64,000 nt of DNA from Pseudomonadota bacterium (GCA_002863065.1 PKDL01000512.1:1190-65189); one strand, 5' to 3'; counted from the stretch's first letter, positions 18,541 through 28,722 are shown. The notes: generated from the letters alone by a model not told the origin. Made by a program: numbers and translations.

Positions 18541-19970
18541 TATGAGCCGCCTTTCGACCGCTTAATGGATTTTGCGGCTTGTCGCTGCGCTCTTTTGAAC
18601 TCCGACTTTGGCGAGCGACCGCCACTAATTATCGCCAGAAGCGCTCCATTATATGGCGTCCAAATTTGCTGCATACGCGGGGTGGACGGCATAGGAATTG
18701 CTACTTTGCTTTGCGCTAAGAAGCCGTCCATTTGTTCGTCTCGTGGTATGTCGGAATCAGTCCATACAGCCTTATTTGCGACGGGTTGTTTACCCAGGAT
18801 GAAGCGTTGTTTTGCCGCAGCATCGGACACGAGCCATCGCATGACTTCCGTTGCTGCTTGTTTCTTTTGAGACTGCTTGTTCATGTAGACCGCTTCCACC
18901 CCTAAGTAGGGTCGGCTCGTTTTGCCCTCGACGGTCGGTAGTGGTGCAACACCATAATTCAAGGTGTCGGCCAGTTCTCCACGCATCCAGGGGCCGTTGA
19001 TCACCATCGCCGCTTTTCCGTCGTTGAAGTAACCTGACACCATACCGGTGTTGACACTCATGGGTGTGATCGAGTGTTCTCGTACCAATGACGCGGCCAA
19101 ATCAGCTGCCTGGTAAGCAGCTTCATTATTGAGGGTAGGCTGCTCTTTTTCGTCAAAGACACCACCACTAAATGCGTGTAGCCAAGGCGCATGGAAGTAT
19201 AGATTGGCTGCCTCGTAGACGAGACCGAATCGCTCGCTAGTCGTCAGTGACTTTGCGGTATCCACCATCTCTGCGAACGTGCGCGGCGCGGCTGATATGA
19301 GCGCTTTGTTGTAGTACAGCGCAACGCATTTGAATGCTAATGGCAAACCATAAAGTGCATTCCGATAGACCAGCGCTTGAACGGTCGAAGGCAGGAAGGG
19401 TTCGACATCTTGGGCAGTTGTCCAATTTGACAGTGGTTCAATAATGCCCATTTCAGACCAGGCGCCGACAAGATCATGGGCAAAGATAAAGAGGTCGGGA
19501 CCACGACCCTCAGGGACTACTATTTTGATTTTGTCGTTAAAGGCGTCGAACGGCACCGCTCGCACCTTGACTTTGATCGGTGTGTTCAGGTCATGAAATG
19601 CGTTTATGACGGCTTTGAGCGCATCACGCTCCGCTGCGCGGTAGCTGTGCCAAAGGGTGATGGTGGTGGGCTCAGTTACTTTGGAAACCCATTGCGTTTG
19701 TGCTGCTTTTTTCGAATCCGTCGGTGAAATGGCACTGTCAGTGGCGGCATCTGATACCTGGGTGTTCGCGGCTGGCGTTGTCGCTGAGCTTTCTTTCGAA
19801 GGAAGCAGCTTTTGTTCGATATACCGGACAGCATCTGCGGGTACCTCGGAAGCCCAGCCAGCGGTAGCGGATGATCGTCGTTCACCACAGCCGATCGAGA
19901 GCGCGCATCCGATGAGCAGCACAGCACAGCGCTGGAGAATGGGGTGAGCTGGTGAAATGCAACGTGTCAT
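18540..19970 (-). CDS. malE: maltose/maltodextrin-binding periplasmic lipoprotein (MalE-like)
   Basis: The internal Met MTRCISPAHPILQRCAVLLIGCALSIGCG carries a lipobox, and the ATG at 19970 overlaps the malK stop (ATGA). The family 1 solute-binding fold is apparent. The ORF-track start at 20093 would overlap malK by 126 nt. Confidence 0.75.
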   Translation of the reverse strand: MTRCISPAHPILQRCAVLLIGCALSIGCGERRSSATAGWASEVPADAVRYIEQKLLPSKESSATTPAANTQVSDAATDSAISPTDSKKAAQTQWVSKVTEPTTITLWHSYRAAERDALKAVINAFHDLNTPIKVKVRAVPFDAFNDKIKIVVPEGRGPDLFIFAHDLVGAWSEMGIIEPLSNWTTAQDVEPFLPSTVQALVYRNALYGLPLAFKCVALYYNKALISAAPRTFAEMVDTAKSLTTSERFGLVYEAANLYFHAPWLHAFSGGVFDEKEQPTLNNEAAYQAADLAASLVREHSITPMSVNTGMVSGYFNDGKAAMVINGPWMRGELADTLNYGVAPLPTVEGKTSRPYLGVEAVYMNKQSQKKQAATEVMRWLVSDAAAKQRFILGKQPVANKAVWTDSDIPRDEQMDGFLAQSKVAIPMPSTPRMQQIWTPYNGALLAIISGGRSPKSEFKRAQRQAAKSIKRSKGGS

Positions 19971-21010
19971 AGCGCTAGCCCTTTGGAGTCGAAGAGGTGA
20001 ATGGCATCTGGGTCCACGTGGAATCGGACGGTATCCCCTGCGCCAACAGTTACGCTGGGGGGGACTTGTGCGATGATTCCTGTGTCGCCCCACATAAAGT
20101 GGACAAATGTCTCCGAGCCGAGCGCTTCAACGAAGTCGACTTGCCCGATGAGTGGGCCGTCATCAGTCATTTGCATTGCCTGGGGCCGTATGCCGATTTC
20201 CGCAATATCGCCGCTGATATGGCTCGGTAGAGTGACTTGGAATCCTTCACCGACGAAGTGCCCATTCTGCATCTCGCCTTTCAGCAAGTTCATGGACGGA
20301 CTGCCAATGAAAGTGGCTACGAAGCGATTAGCGGGCTTTCGGTAGATATCGAGCGGCGTATCATATTGTTGCAGGTCACCGTCCTTTAGCACTGCGATTC
20401 GGTCGGCAAGTGTCATTGCTTCGACCTGATCATGGGTTACATACAGGGTGGTTGCTCCAATTCTTCGATGCAGTCTGGCGATCTCGATACGCATTTGGAG
20501 CCGGAGTTGGGCGTCAAGATTAGAGAGAGGTTCATCGAATAGAAAGACTTGTGGATTCCGAACAATGGCTCGGCCCATCGCGACACGCTGCCGTTGTCCT
20601 CCAGACAGAGCTTTGGGTTTGCGCTGTAGGTATTCGCTGATTCCGAGGGTTTTGGCAGCCTCTTGGACCCTAGTATCAATTTCGGACGACGGCATTTTTC
20701 GTATGCGGAGGCCGAACGCCATATTTTCGTACACTGTCATGTGCGGATACAGCGCATAACTTTGAAAGACCATGGCAATATCACGGTCTCTCGGGGCGAC
20801 ATCATTGACTAGGCGGCCACCAATCGAGAGCTCACCTTCGGTAATCTCTTCTAGTCCGGCAACCATTCGTAGCGTAGTGGATTTTCCACATCCTGAAGGA
20901 CCGACGAGTACGCAAAATTCTCCGCTTTTCACTTCGAAGCTGACGTTTCTCACAGCGGTGACTTCAGGCGTGTATCGTTTAGTGATCTGTTTTAGTGCAA
21001 CGTTGCTCAC
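19967..21010 (-). CDS. malK: ABC transporter ATPase, MalK/UgpC family
   Basis: Walker A GPSGCGKST, signature LSGGQRQRVAMGRAI, Walker B VFLFDEPLSNLD, and a C-terminal TOBE-like regulatory domain. Confidence 0.9.
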   Translation of the reverse strand: MSNVALKQITKRYTPEVTAVRNVSFEVKSGEFCVLVGPSGCGKSTTLRMVAGLEEITEGELSIGGRLVNDVAPRDRDIAMVFQSYALYPHMTVYENMAFGLRIRKMPSSEIDTRVQEAAKTLGISEYLQRKPKALSGGQRQRVAMGRAIVRNPQVFLFDEPLSNLDAQLRLQMRIEIARLHRRIGATTLYVTHDQVEAMTLADRIAVLKDGDLQQYDTPLDIYRKPANRFVATFIGSPSMNLLKGEMQNGHFVGEGFQVTLPSHISGDIAEIGIRPQAMQMTDDGPLIGQVDFVEALGSETFVHFMWGDTGIIAQVPPSVTVGAGDTVRFHVDPDAIHLFDSKGLAL

Positions 21011-21132
21011 TTCATTCTCCTACGCGCGGTTCGGCCCTGCCCGGTAAAACGCTTTATTCAATCGTGTGGAACTTGCAAGTCCCAAGGTCGGGCGTCTCAC
21101 GTACCGGCCCGTTGTTGACGCTTTGAATTGAA

Positions 21133-22110
21133 TCAGCTGTCACTCTCCTGAAATGCTACTGCCTTCGCATTCTTGATCTCGGCATCGCCGATGATCTCGA
21201 GTGAGGCGGTATCCTCAACAATTGACAGTACAACGGCGGTGGCAACTGCCACCCCTGCATCATCGAAAATAGTGGCAATATGGCCAGGTTCGATTCGGTT
21301 TGAGGGCACCGGTGCTGCACCCACCAATCGGCCGCGGCTGAAAACCACGGGTACTGTTTTAGGCTGTGGCCTTTCGGCTGTTCCAAAGTAGGTCAGTCGT
21401 ACAGGTCGCTTGCCAGTAATTGTAGTCGTTGCGTCAAGCACTGGCGGTCCTGAGCCCAACAGGGTGCACCGCATTTGGTTCCAGTCCGTACAAATGCCCT
21501 TGAATGTACTCGCTAGCCGAATTCGGCCAGTACCGCGAGGGGATGAGGCAGTAACCAGCACTAATGCGCCGCGGATCGGAGAGACTACGCCCTCTTTTTC
21601 AAAGACTCCTATAAGTGTTTTACCGCGTGCTATGAGATGCGACGCGTAAATGAGGCCTGGCAGATTCAGTTCCCGAATGGAACTCATCACCAGAACCTGG
21701 TCCCACGCTTCACTAGCCGTGACGTGTATGTTGCGGTCGGGTAGCGCTTCTATTGCACCGACCTCCGGTGAAGAGTCGATGTAAATTTCCACTGTCTGAG
21801 GATAAATAGTTCCTCTCCGATCCTCGGATAACCGGACATTTCGGATGGCTCGTACGGGTGATGAAAATACGGCTTTTGCAATCAGATGGGTGTCGGATTC
21901 GAGTAATTCGAAAGACGTTAATTCGAACGTTCCACCATTAATATCCGGATGCTCGGGGTGCGTGAGTCGAACGTCGTCGTCAGAGTCTGTCACTTTCCAT
22001 ACCGACACGGCACCGTCTTGCCATCGGCTATGACCACACGATGCCAGCAGAGCGTTCAGCAAAATAGCCAAACAAGTGGCTATTGCGCAGTTGGTACTTA
22101 TTCGCTGCAC
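21133..22110 (-). CDS. lipoprotein, hypothetical (starch-locus associated)
   Basis: Lipobox LLASCGHS. 325 aa with no catalytic motifs recognised. The gene lies between the CBM20 lipoprotein gene and malK. Confidence 0.5.
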   Translation of the reverse strand: MQRISTNCAIATCLAILLNALLASCGHSRWQDGAVSVWKVTDSDDDVRLTHPEHPDINGGTFELTSFELLESDTHLIAKAVFSSPVRAIRNVRLSEDRRGTIYPQTVEIYIDSSPEVGAIEALPDRNIHVTASEAWDQVLVMSSIRELNLPGLIYASHLIARGKTLIGVFEKEGVVSPIRGALVLVTASSPRGTGRIRLASTFKGICTDWNQMRCTLLGSGPPVLDATTTITGKRPVRLTYFGTAERPQPKTVPVVFSRGRLVGAAPVPSNRIEPGHIATIFDDAGVAVATAVVLSIVEDTASLEIIGDAEIKNAKAVAFQESDS

Positions 22111-23666
22111 GGTACGGTGATAGGACTCGCAGTGCCTGGAGTGGGTTTACTATCCAGCTCGCAGTCGCCATCCGTATCGATATAGTTTTCGAGCGTGTCG
22201 TAGACGCACGTGTCTTTCAGAGGCTCTTCACTATTCCACAGAATGCTGCCACAGCCGCCGTTGACTGGTGACAGGAGATTTTGCACATCTTTATTTGTCG
22301 TCTCGTCAGCGTACCGGTCGTAACGAGTGATAATTCGGTCGCCGTCGATATCTTGCAGCTCTAGGATCCTTCGATTGCCTGGCCATTCCTCGCTACCGGT
22401 CCATAGCGCTCCCCCTTGGCCCCACGTATATTTGTAGGACACGCGAACCCATGACGCCGTTTCAGCACCCGCATCAAACCAGGGAAGTTCAAGCGCTAAC
22501 GTCCACACATTATCACCTGCAACGGCATCACCGTTGCTGCCGTCGTCGTACATGGCGATGAGGTTTGGCTGCCAGTTTCCTAGCAGTTGACTGGCCGCAT
22601 CGAACGTCGCCTCGTCTAGGCACTTGGAAGTTGTATCTCCGTTACCATCGCAAAGCGGCGTCTCTTCATGAAGGGACCCAACGATATACATTTGTTTACC
22701 CTCTTCGTCCTTGGTCCACTTCCATCGGTCGATTTCTGCGCAGTTACGGTCTTGATTTCCATCGCTAAAGTCCACCATGAAGACCACTGTGATTCGGTCA
22801 GCAGCGAAACAGACATTGACCTCTACCGCCTCCACTGCGGCCCGTAGCGCACTATCAAATGCGTCAGTATTTGCGTCGGCAACTCCATCGTTATCTAGGT
22901 CGGCACCTTGTGCGAGTTGGTCTATATCCAAGTAGCTATTGCCATCGTTTGGAAAAGCAACTAGCGCAGGTGCAGTGGTGGTACCGTTGGTATACAGCCG
23001 TTCCAAGTACTCACGGAGCGGTATGATACGTTCATCTCCACTGGCGATGAGGCCGTTCACAACGGCCGCTGATTCGACGATAGTGTCTGGTGAAATAGAT
23101 GCAAGTTGAATCGGGGGTAGGCCGTACGTCGCTTTCCCGAGCAGCACCAGCGAGGTAAGTGTAGAGTCTAAGCCGATGTCCGCCATTTCTGGGACGAGGT
23201 CGGCCATGGCGATGTATTGATCCGGGATGAATACGGACGATTTGGCACGCACCTCACTCACAATCCCCCAGTAAGCGATATTGTCGAGGCTGACTTCAAC
23301 AATCAGATTGTTGAAGGACGTACTGGCTGGAAGCATGATTTGGAAGGTGCCGTCTGGGCCTGTGGCGGTCTGTAAATCGTTTAGCTCCACACCAGAGGGG
23401 GTGAAAAATCGCACGGTGGCACCGGCACCAAGCGCACTGCACTGTCCGGACAGGTAGTTGGCGCCCGCTCCTGGAACCTCTCTTTGATCTGTCGCCGTGA
23501 AGTGTCCAAATACCGCAGCATCGATACCGCACCCCGTGATGAGTAGGGACGCCGCTAGTACGGTAGTCATTACCGAGTTTACGGGGAATCGGCACAGTGG
23601 TTTCCGATGTACGGATGAATGCATGGAGAACCTCCAAGACGGTGGTAAAAACCGGCTGATTACCAT
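22098..23666 (-). CDS. surface lipoprotein with C-terminal CBM20-like starch-binding domain
   Basis: Lipobox at the internal start MTTVLAASLLITGCG (~23570). The C-terminal block LLGNWQPNLIAMYDDGS...DNVWTLALELP...RVSYKYTWGQGGALWTGSEEWPGNRRILELQ fits the CBM20 pattern (LGNW...W...LP...YK(F/Y)...WE.G.NR). Confidence 0.6.
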   Translation of the reverse strand: MVISRFLPPSWRFSMHSSVHRKPLCRFPVNSVMTTVLAASLLITGCGIDAAVFGHFTATDQREVPGAGANYLSGQCSALGAGATVRFFTPSGVELNDLQTATGPDGTFQIMLPASTSFNNLIVEVSLDNIAYWGIVSEVRAKSSVFIPDQYIAMADLVPEMADIGLDSTLTSLVLLGKATYGLPPIQLASISPDTIVESAAVVNGLIASGDERIIPLREYLERLYTNGTTTAPALVAFPNDGNSYLDIDQLAQGADLDNDGVADANTDAFDSALRAAVEAVEVNVCFAADRITVVFMVDFSDGNQDRNCAEIDRWKWTKDEEGKQMYIVGSLHEETPLCDGNGDTTSKCLDEATFDAASQLLGNWQPNLIAMYDDGSNGDAVAGDNVWTLALELPWFDAGAETASWVRVSYKYTWGQGGALWTGSEEWPGNRRILELQDIDGDRIITRYDRYADETTNKDVQNLLSPVNGGCGSILWNSEEPLKDTCVYDTLENYIDTDGDCELDSKPTPGTASPITVPCSE

Positions 23667-25576
23667 GAGACTTCTGCCGTGGCTTTGGATCGAATGACGT
23701 GAAATGTTCGGTCTACGTCGCGCTCACGCTGGGCGTCCTTGTAGATGTATTCCAGGCGGTAACGCAGTGCGAGACCTTGGTATGCATAACTTATATCTAC
23801 ATATGGACGTACTTTGAACGTGGTATCGTCTGAGTATCCCTGTTCACGAGACCCACGGCGATTGTCCTCGATCCAGTAGTCGACTTGTCCTCCAAGAGTA
23901 ATGGCTAGCCCATCCGCCGGTGGGATAGTCAGCCAGATGCGGCCCATCATAATGTGCCCGAGGTAATCATCGTCATCTCGTCCGTCTTCTCGGTTGTCGG
24001 AGTCATAGATGTATTTGAACTTCCATCCCAAATCGAGACCGTTGAGTTTACCGGTATGCCAAACCCCATCAAAGCGGGCGATAATCGACATACGGTCTTG
24101 GAATTGTCGATATACGGAGCGGAGATCACGTCCTCGGTCGAACACGTTGGCGTAATCATAGATGTCAATGTCCGTATATCCGTCGGTATGCAGGAAGTCG
24201 GGATAGACATTATCTGTGTCGCGGTTTTGGGCGTTGGTGTTATAGGTAATGAAGGTACCCTCTAAGTTGAACTCGACGTCGCCAACAAACGAAAGTATCG
24301 CAGTGGCGCCATGCCAGCCCACGATGGACTCATACCAGTCTTCATCGAAATCAACGAACTCATTAGCAAGGTTGAGTGTTGGAAGCTGACCGCCTTCCAT
24401 GAAGCCATCGGTCCAAAGGACATCAGCTTCTCGGCGTGCACCAAAGATGGTCATGAAGTGTTCGTCGATGTTGAAGTACTCAAACTTGAAATTTAGCCCA
24501 TCTGCGACATCAAAAAACTCCGCCCGTACGCGGACAAATGAACCATTCACCGTGTCGTAGACGAGGGGAAAAACGCCGGCATTATCTCGCACGCCATTGT
24601 TGGCAAGACGCTCGTTGATAAACGAGTGGGAAAAGCCCGCCAAGATATTGAACGACCCGCCATCCCACACGTCGATTTGGTTTTCGAACGTAGCGACTAC
24701 ATTCGAGTAGCGGTGTAGCGTATCGACAGCACCATTCTTTGCACAGTCGGGAACCGGATTACCGAGTTCATCCTGACAGGTGGGATAGAGTGAGCCCGCG
24801 GCATCGGGATCAGTCATATCGATTTCAGAGTCGAGTGTGACGGTACCAACAAGTGTCATACTCCAGCCATCGAGCGGATCGCTTTCCAGTTTGAGGCCGT
24901 ATGCCCAGTCGTTGCTGTAAAACGGGATTCTGAGGAGTGGGTCGCCTACACCAGTTGACCATCCTGGACCAACCCAGAGCTTGGGCAGGGCGATTACTGC
25001 TGCATGGTACCGCAAGTACTGGTCGTGTACCCGGCCCTGAACGAAGATCCCTTTCCCATTGTCTCGATCGATGAATCGGATCTTGCCGATAGTCCAGGGG
25101 TTAAACATCCCCAGGTCACTGGAACCGATAAGTAACGCATCCATCCAAGGGATAGGCAGCTGTGCCCGGATCCAATATCCCCGCAACTTCATGTATTGCG
25201 CGCGATTCATACCAAGCGATTCACCCGAGGTGTTCTCTACTTGGTCGTACTTGATATCGCCGTTTTCCCACCAGTCTTGCCATAGAGCGCCGAATCTCGA
25301 TTTGATTCGCACGCCCGCCTGGACGTAATCACCTACACGACCTTCGACAAGGAGCTGAAACTCGGAGGAGACGCCATTATCTCCAGCCATATTGTCTGGC
25401 CAGAACGGATTACCGTAGGACAAGACCCCTTGGTTGTCGTTATTTCGGTATAGCCACTTCGTGTAGATTTGGCCCGCAAGATTGAAGTTGATCAGATCCG
25501 CCACCGCAAGTGTCGGTAAGAGCGTTGCGCTCACTAATATGCCGACCAATATGGCGCGCGCTTTCGCAGTGCTCAT
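23660..25576 (-). CDS. large outer-membrane beta-barrel protein; candidate maltodextrin porin
   Basis: Signal peptide MSTAKARAILVGILVSATLLPTLAVA. 638 aa, rich in alternating aromatic/Gly strand patterns. The C-terminus ...ATAEVSW ends in an aromatic residue. SD AAAGG lies upstream of the ATG at 25576. Confidence 0.55.
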   Translation of the reverse strand: MSTAKARAILVGILVSATLLPTLAVADLINFNLAGQIYTKWLYRNNDNQGVLSYGNPFWPDNMAGDNGVSSEFQLLVEGRVGDYVQAGVRIKSRFGALWQDWWENGDIKYDQVENTSGESLGMNRAQYMKLRGYWIRAQLPIPWMDALLIGSSDLGMFNPWTIGKIRFIDRDNGKGIFVQGRVHDQYLRYHAAVIALPKLWVGPGWSTGVGDPLLRIPFYSNDWAYGLKLESDPLDGWSMTLVGTVTLDSEIDMTDPDAAGSLYPTCQDELGNPVPDCAKNGAVDTLHRYSNVVATFENQIDVWDGGSFNILAGFSHSFINERLANNGVRDNAGVFPLVYDTVNGSFVRVRAEFFDVADGLNFKFEYFNIDEHFMTIFGARREADVLWTDGFMEGGQLPTLNLANEFVDFDEDWYESIVGWHGATAILSFVGDVEFNLEGTFITYNTNAQNRDTDNVYPDFLHTDGYTDIDIYDYANVFDRGRDLRSVYRQFQDRMSIIARFDGVWHTGKLNGLDLGWKFKYIYDSDNREDGRDDDDYLGHIMMGRIWLTIPPADGLAITLGGQVDYWIEDNRRGSREQGYSDDTTFKVRPYVDISYAYQGLALRYRLEYIYKDAQRERDVDRTFHVIRSKATAEVSW

Positions 25577-25608
25577 ACCTTTTGCCCCTGTTTTTACGCA
25601 GCCCGTAT

Positions 25609-25627
25609 GGCCGGTTAGACGCCGGCC
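25609..25627. promoter_or_regulatory. perfect 6-bp inverted repeat GGCCGG-TTAGACG-CCGGCC between the glucodextranase-like gene and the porin gene
   Basis: Seen directly. The loop contains the same TTAGAC motif found upstream of the amylase gene. There is no U-tract after it on the transcribed strand, so it is not a classical intrinsic terminator. Confidence 0.25.
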
Positions 25628-25720
25628 CGTCCGCGCGCGCGGATTACTTTTAATCCAAACTCATTCACCGGCTTAGAGTGGCTCCCTTCCACGTTGCACA
25701 CTCTTAGCCGTTTATGTTTT

Positions 25721-26539
25721 TCAACCCCCGGGATATACCATCTTGATCGTAGCGTGAGAGCCACCTTCTGGGTTGTCATCGTCACATTTGTAGGTCTTAA
25801 GTTGGGTGAACTGCCCGGTCGCTTCGCCCGCAGCGCCTTTCGCTTGTCCTGCCAACATATCGAGCACATGAGGGTCACAATTGTAGTCATTGCCTCCCCC
25901 AAAACGATGCTGCCCGTTGAACTCGTTCACACGTCTAGTGAGCAGGTCAGTTTTATCCGGATAGCCCTCATTGGACTGCACCAAGACTTGATATCCCCAC
26001 GCCTTAGAAAGGCTTCCAATTTGGGACTTTGGGAAGCGTGCAACGACGGACTTCCCGCGGACAGATACTGACGTGGGTACGACAATATCCTTCTTCCATT
26101 TTTTGGCCTTCGCGTTGATCTCTGAAGTCAGCCGCTTCGTGCCTTGTGGGCTGATGATGAGCGCTTTTTCCCATCGAGACCCCTCGGCGAACTTCACGTT
26201 CAGTCCCGGTAGACCTGCTTTGTGGCCACTCCCTGCTTTGCGGTCTGTGTCGATGAAGATGAAGAACATTTGCACCGAGAAGCCATTGCCGCCCCAAGTT
26301 TTGGACCTCCAAGGATCCTTAATGCGTGAGGCGACGCTAATTTTGACTTCTACGCTATCACCTTTGTCTGTCAGGCTGGCTTTCGTCAGGTCGAACGCAC
26401 CTCTCGAATAGGCAGTATCTGTCGGGTAGATGTAGGTGCCAGGCCCCTTGTCGTCCCCCTTCGGATCTTTCAGCTCGATGCCATCCGCGTGGGCTGCTCC
26501 GGCGATAACAACGGCCATTATTACTAAGAGTGTCTTCAT
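25721..26539 (-). CDS. secreted protein with glucodextranase-like C-terminal-type domain
   Basis: Signal peptide MKTLLVIMAVVIAGAAHA. Motif DPKGDDKGPGTYIYPTD, recalled as characteristic of the glucodextranase C-terminal domain family, from memory. Confidence 0.4.
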   Translation of the reverse strand: MKTLLVIMAVVIAGAAHADGIELKDPKGDDKGPGTYIYPTDTAYSRGAFDLTKASLTDKGDSVEVKISVASRIKDPWRSKTWGGNGFSVQMFFIFIDTDRKAGSGHKAGLPGLNVKFAEGSRWEKALIISPQGTKRLTSEINAKAKKWKKDIVVPTSVSVRGKSVVARFPKSQIGSLSKAWGYQVLVQSNEGYPDKTDLLTRRVNEFNGQHRFGGGNDYNCDPHVLDMLAGQAKGAAGEATGQFTQLKTYKCDDDNPEGGSHATIKMVYPGG

Positions 26540-26652
26540 ACGTCTCCCTTTACTATCTCCTCGGAAACTGTCAACTGGCGAGTTGATTTTTTTTTACAAT
26601 GACAGCATAGCAACCTAGTTGGGGTCAGCTGCCGTTTGTTGCGGTTACGAGC

Positions 26653-26725
26653 TCTAGACGCAAAATTCGAGGTTCAGAGCAAACCTTTGGGCGTTTAGAG
26701 CACACGGTATCAAGGTTTAGACAGC
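26653..26725. promoter_or_regulatory. cluster of direct TTAGAG/TTAGAC-type repeats in the divergent promoter region upstream of the alpha-amylase gene
   Basis: CTCTAGAC (26653), GGTTCAGAGC (26671), GTTTAGAGC (26693), GGTTTAGACAGC (26714). The last three are spaced 21-22 bp apart. Confidence 0.3.
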
Positions 26726-26801
26726 TAATTTATCCCGCGAGGCCATATGATCGTCATTCTGCGGTTTACAGGATGGGCGCAGAAAAGCTAGAGCTGATCT
26801 T

Positions 26802-28709
26802 ATGATGTGTGGGGACAAAACGATGCGATTGCTGCACACTGGGCTGGTTATCACCATCTCAGCTCTTCTGGTTCCGGCCTGTGGTTGGAATGTCAAGACT
26901 CCGCTGACGGTCGACGAATCGCTGATTAGTGACGTCACTTCAAATTCGCCTAATGGCATCACGAAAGCCGATGCAGTCAGTATACCGGATAGCATGTCAG
27001 AGTCTGATGCCGAGCGCGTCGACGCCGCCGTCGCGGGAGATGCCAGCGGCGGGGTTGAGTCGACAGGTCTCGATATACCGTGGCCAGGCTGGGATAACGC
27101 AACGGTCTATTTCGTAATAATTGATCGTTTTTTCGACGGGGATTCTAGCAACAACAACTCGTATGGACGTCCGCCCGACGGAGAGGACGAAATCGGGACA
27201 TTCCATGGTGGCGACCTCGCCGGGCTAACCCAGAAGCTCAACGAGGGTTTTTTTGCAAAACTAGGCGTATCAGCGATTTGGATTACCGCACCCTATGAGC
27301 AAATTCACGGATGGGTTGTCGGCGGTGGTGGTGGATTTAAGCATTATGCTTATCACGGCTACTACCCACTAGATTGGACTCGCCTGGACGCAAATTTTGG
27401 CACCGAAGATGAGCTGCGCACTTTTGTTGACACTGCACATTCGCAGGGTATCCGCATCGTGCTCGATGTCGTCATGAATCACGCTGGGTACGCCACCGCT
27501 CAAGATCTCACGGAGCTCAGCGTCGATGTCGTAAAGACTGGATGGGAGGATGCCACGGTCGATGAATATTACGACTATATTGAATTCGATAATGACGCAT
27601 TCAAAGACTGGTGGGGCCCTCAGTGGGTTCGTGCCGAACTCGGAGGGAACTACTCGACTCCAGGGACAGATCTTCTTACCCAGTCGGTGTCGTTCCTGCC
27701 TGATTTCAAGACGGAATCACCAGTAACCAATGTGAAGATCCCAACGTTCCTTCAGAACAAGGAAGATACGGGGGTCACGGAGCTTCCCGGCGCACGAGTC
27801 CGAGATTACCTCATTACTTGGATCGTTTCTTGGGTTGAATCTTACGGTATCGATGGGTTTCGATGCGACACGGCAAAGCACGTAGATATGGACGCATGGA
27901 GTGAGCTAAGCATCGCCGCGAATACTGCATTGAGGACCTGGCGCGCGGAGAATCCGGAAAAAGCATTCCCTGACAGCGAGTATGTCGATCCGGAGTCACC
28001 GTTCTGGATGACAGGCGAGGTCTTTCCGCACGGGGTTGTGAAAGATGACTATTTCACGGTGGGTGGCTTTAACAGTGTCATAAACTTCGAATTCCAAAAG
28101 GATATCGACGACGCCCTTACCGATATTAAGACGGTGGATGCCCTTTATACTGAATATGCCGCTGCGATAAACACCGATCCTGAGTTCAACGTTCTAAGCT
28201 ACCTCAGTTCGCATGACACAAGCATGTTCTTCGAGAAAGAGGCGAACGGTGACCTAGAGATTCAAAAGCTTGGTGGAACATTACTCTTGATGTGCCCAGG
28301 AGCAGTTCAGATCTTCTATGGGGATGAAAATGCCCGTGAGCCAGGCCCAAATGGTGGTGACTCAAAGCAGGGTCTGCGGTCTGATTATCAATTCGGTGCA
28401 AATCCTGATGTCATGGCGCACTGGCAGCGGCTGGGGCAGTTCCGCAAGCGCCATCCAGCGATTGGTGCAGGGACCCATACCAAAGTCTCCGACGAGCCCT
28501 ATATTTTCCGGCGAGTCATTGGAGACGATGTGGTGTACGTCGCGATTGGCGCCACTGGTGAGGTCGCCATTGATGTGAGCGAGCAATGGGCCGATGGCGT
28601 CGAGATAGTCGAGGTGTATTCGGGTGCAGCAGGTGCCGTGACTAATGGCATGGTAACCTTTACACCCAACGCAAGCGGGGTACTACTGCTTGAGCGCGCA
28701 AATAACTAG
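26802..28709 (+). CDS. alpha-amylase, GH13 family, lipoprotein
   Basis: Lipobox ALLVPACG. GH13 conserved regions DVVMNH (I), GFRCDTAKHVD (II), GEVF (III) and LSSHD (IV). The start may be the Met at 26823. Confidence 0.85.
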   Translation: MMCGDKTMRLLHTGLVITISALLVPACGWNVKTPLTVDESLISDVTSNSPNGITKADAVSIPDSMSESDAERVDAAVAGDASGGVESTGLDIPWPGWDNATVYFVIIDRFFDGDSSNNNSYGRPPDGEDEIGTFHGGDLAGLTQKLNEGFFAKLGVSAIWITAPYEQIHGWVVGGGGGFKHYAYHGYYPLDWTRLDANFGTEDELRTFVDTAHSQGIRIVLDVVMNHAGYATAQDLTELSVDVVKTGWEDATVDEYYDYIEFDNDAFKDWWGPQWVRAELGGNYSTPGTDLLTQSVSFLPDFKTESPVTNVKIPTFLQNKEDTGVTELPGARVRDYLITWIVSWVESYGIDGFRCDTAKHVDMDAWSELSIAANTALRTWRAENPEKAFPDSEYVDPESPFWMTGEVFPHGVVKDDYFTVGGFNSVINFEFQKDIDDALTDIKTVDALYTEYAAAINTDPEFNVLSYLSSHDTSMFFEKEANGDLEIQKLGGTLLLMCPGAVQIFYGDENAREPGPNGGDSKQGLRSDYQFGANPDVMAHWQRLGQFRKRHPAIGAGTHTKVSDEPYIFRRVIGDDVVYVAIGATGEVAIDVSEQWADGVEIVEVYSGAAGAVTNGMVTFTPNASGVLLLERANN

Positions 28710-28722
28710 CGCGGCCGAGCCA

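Noticed and set aside
21011-21132. Possible sigma-54 promoter (TGGAAC...TTGCA) and CTTGCAAG palindrome upstream of malK
   Set aside because: The GG-to-GC spacing does not fit the -24/-12 consensus on either strand. The 8-bp palindrome alone is weak evidence.
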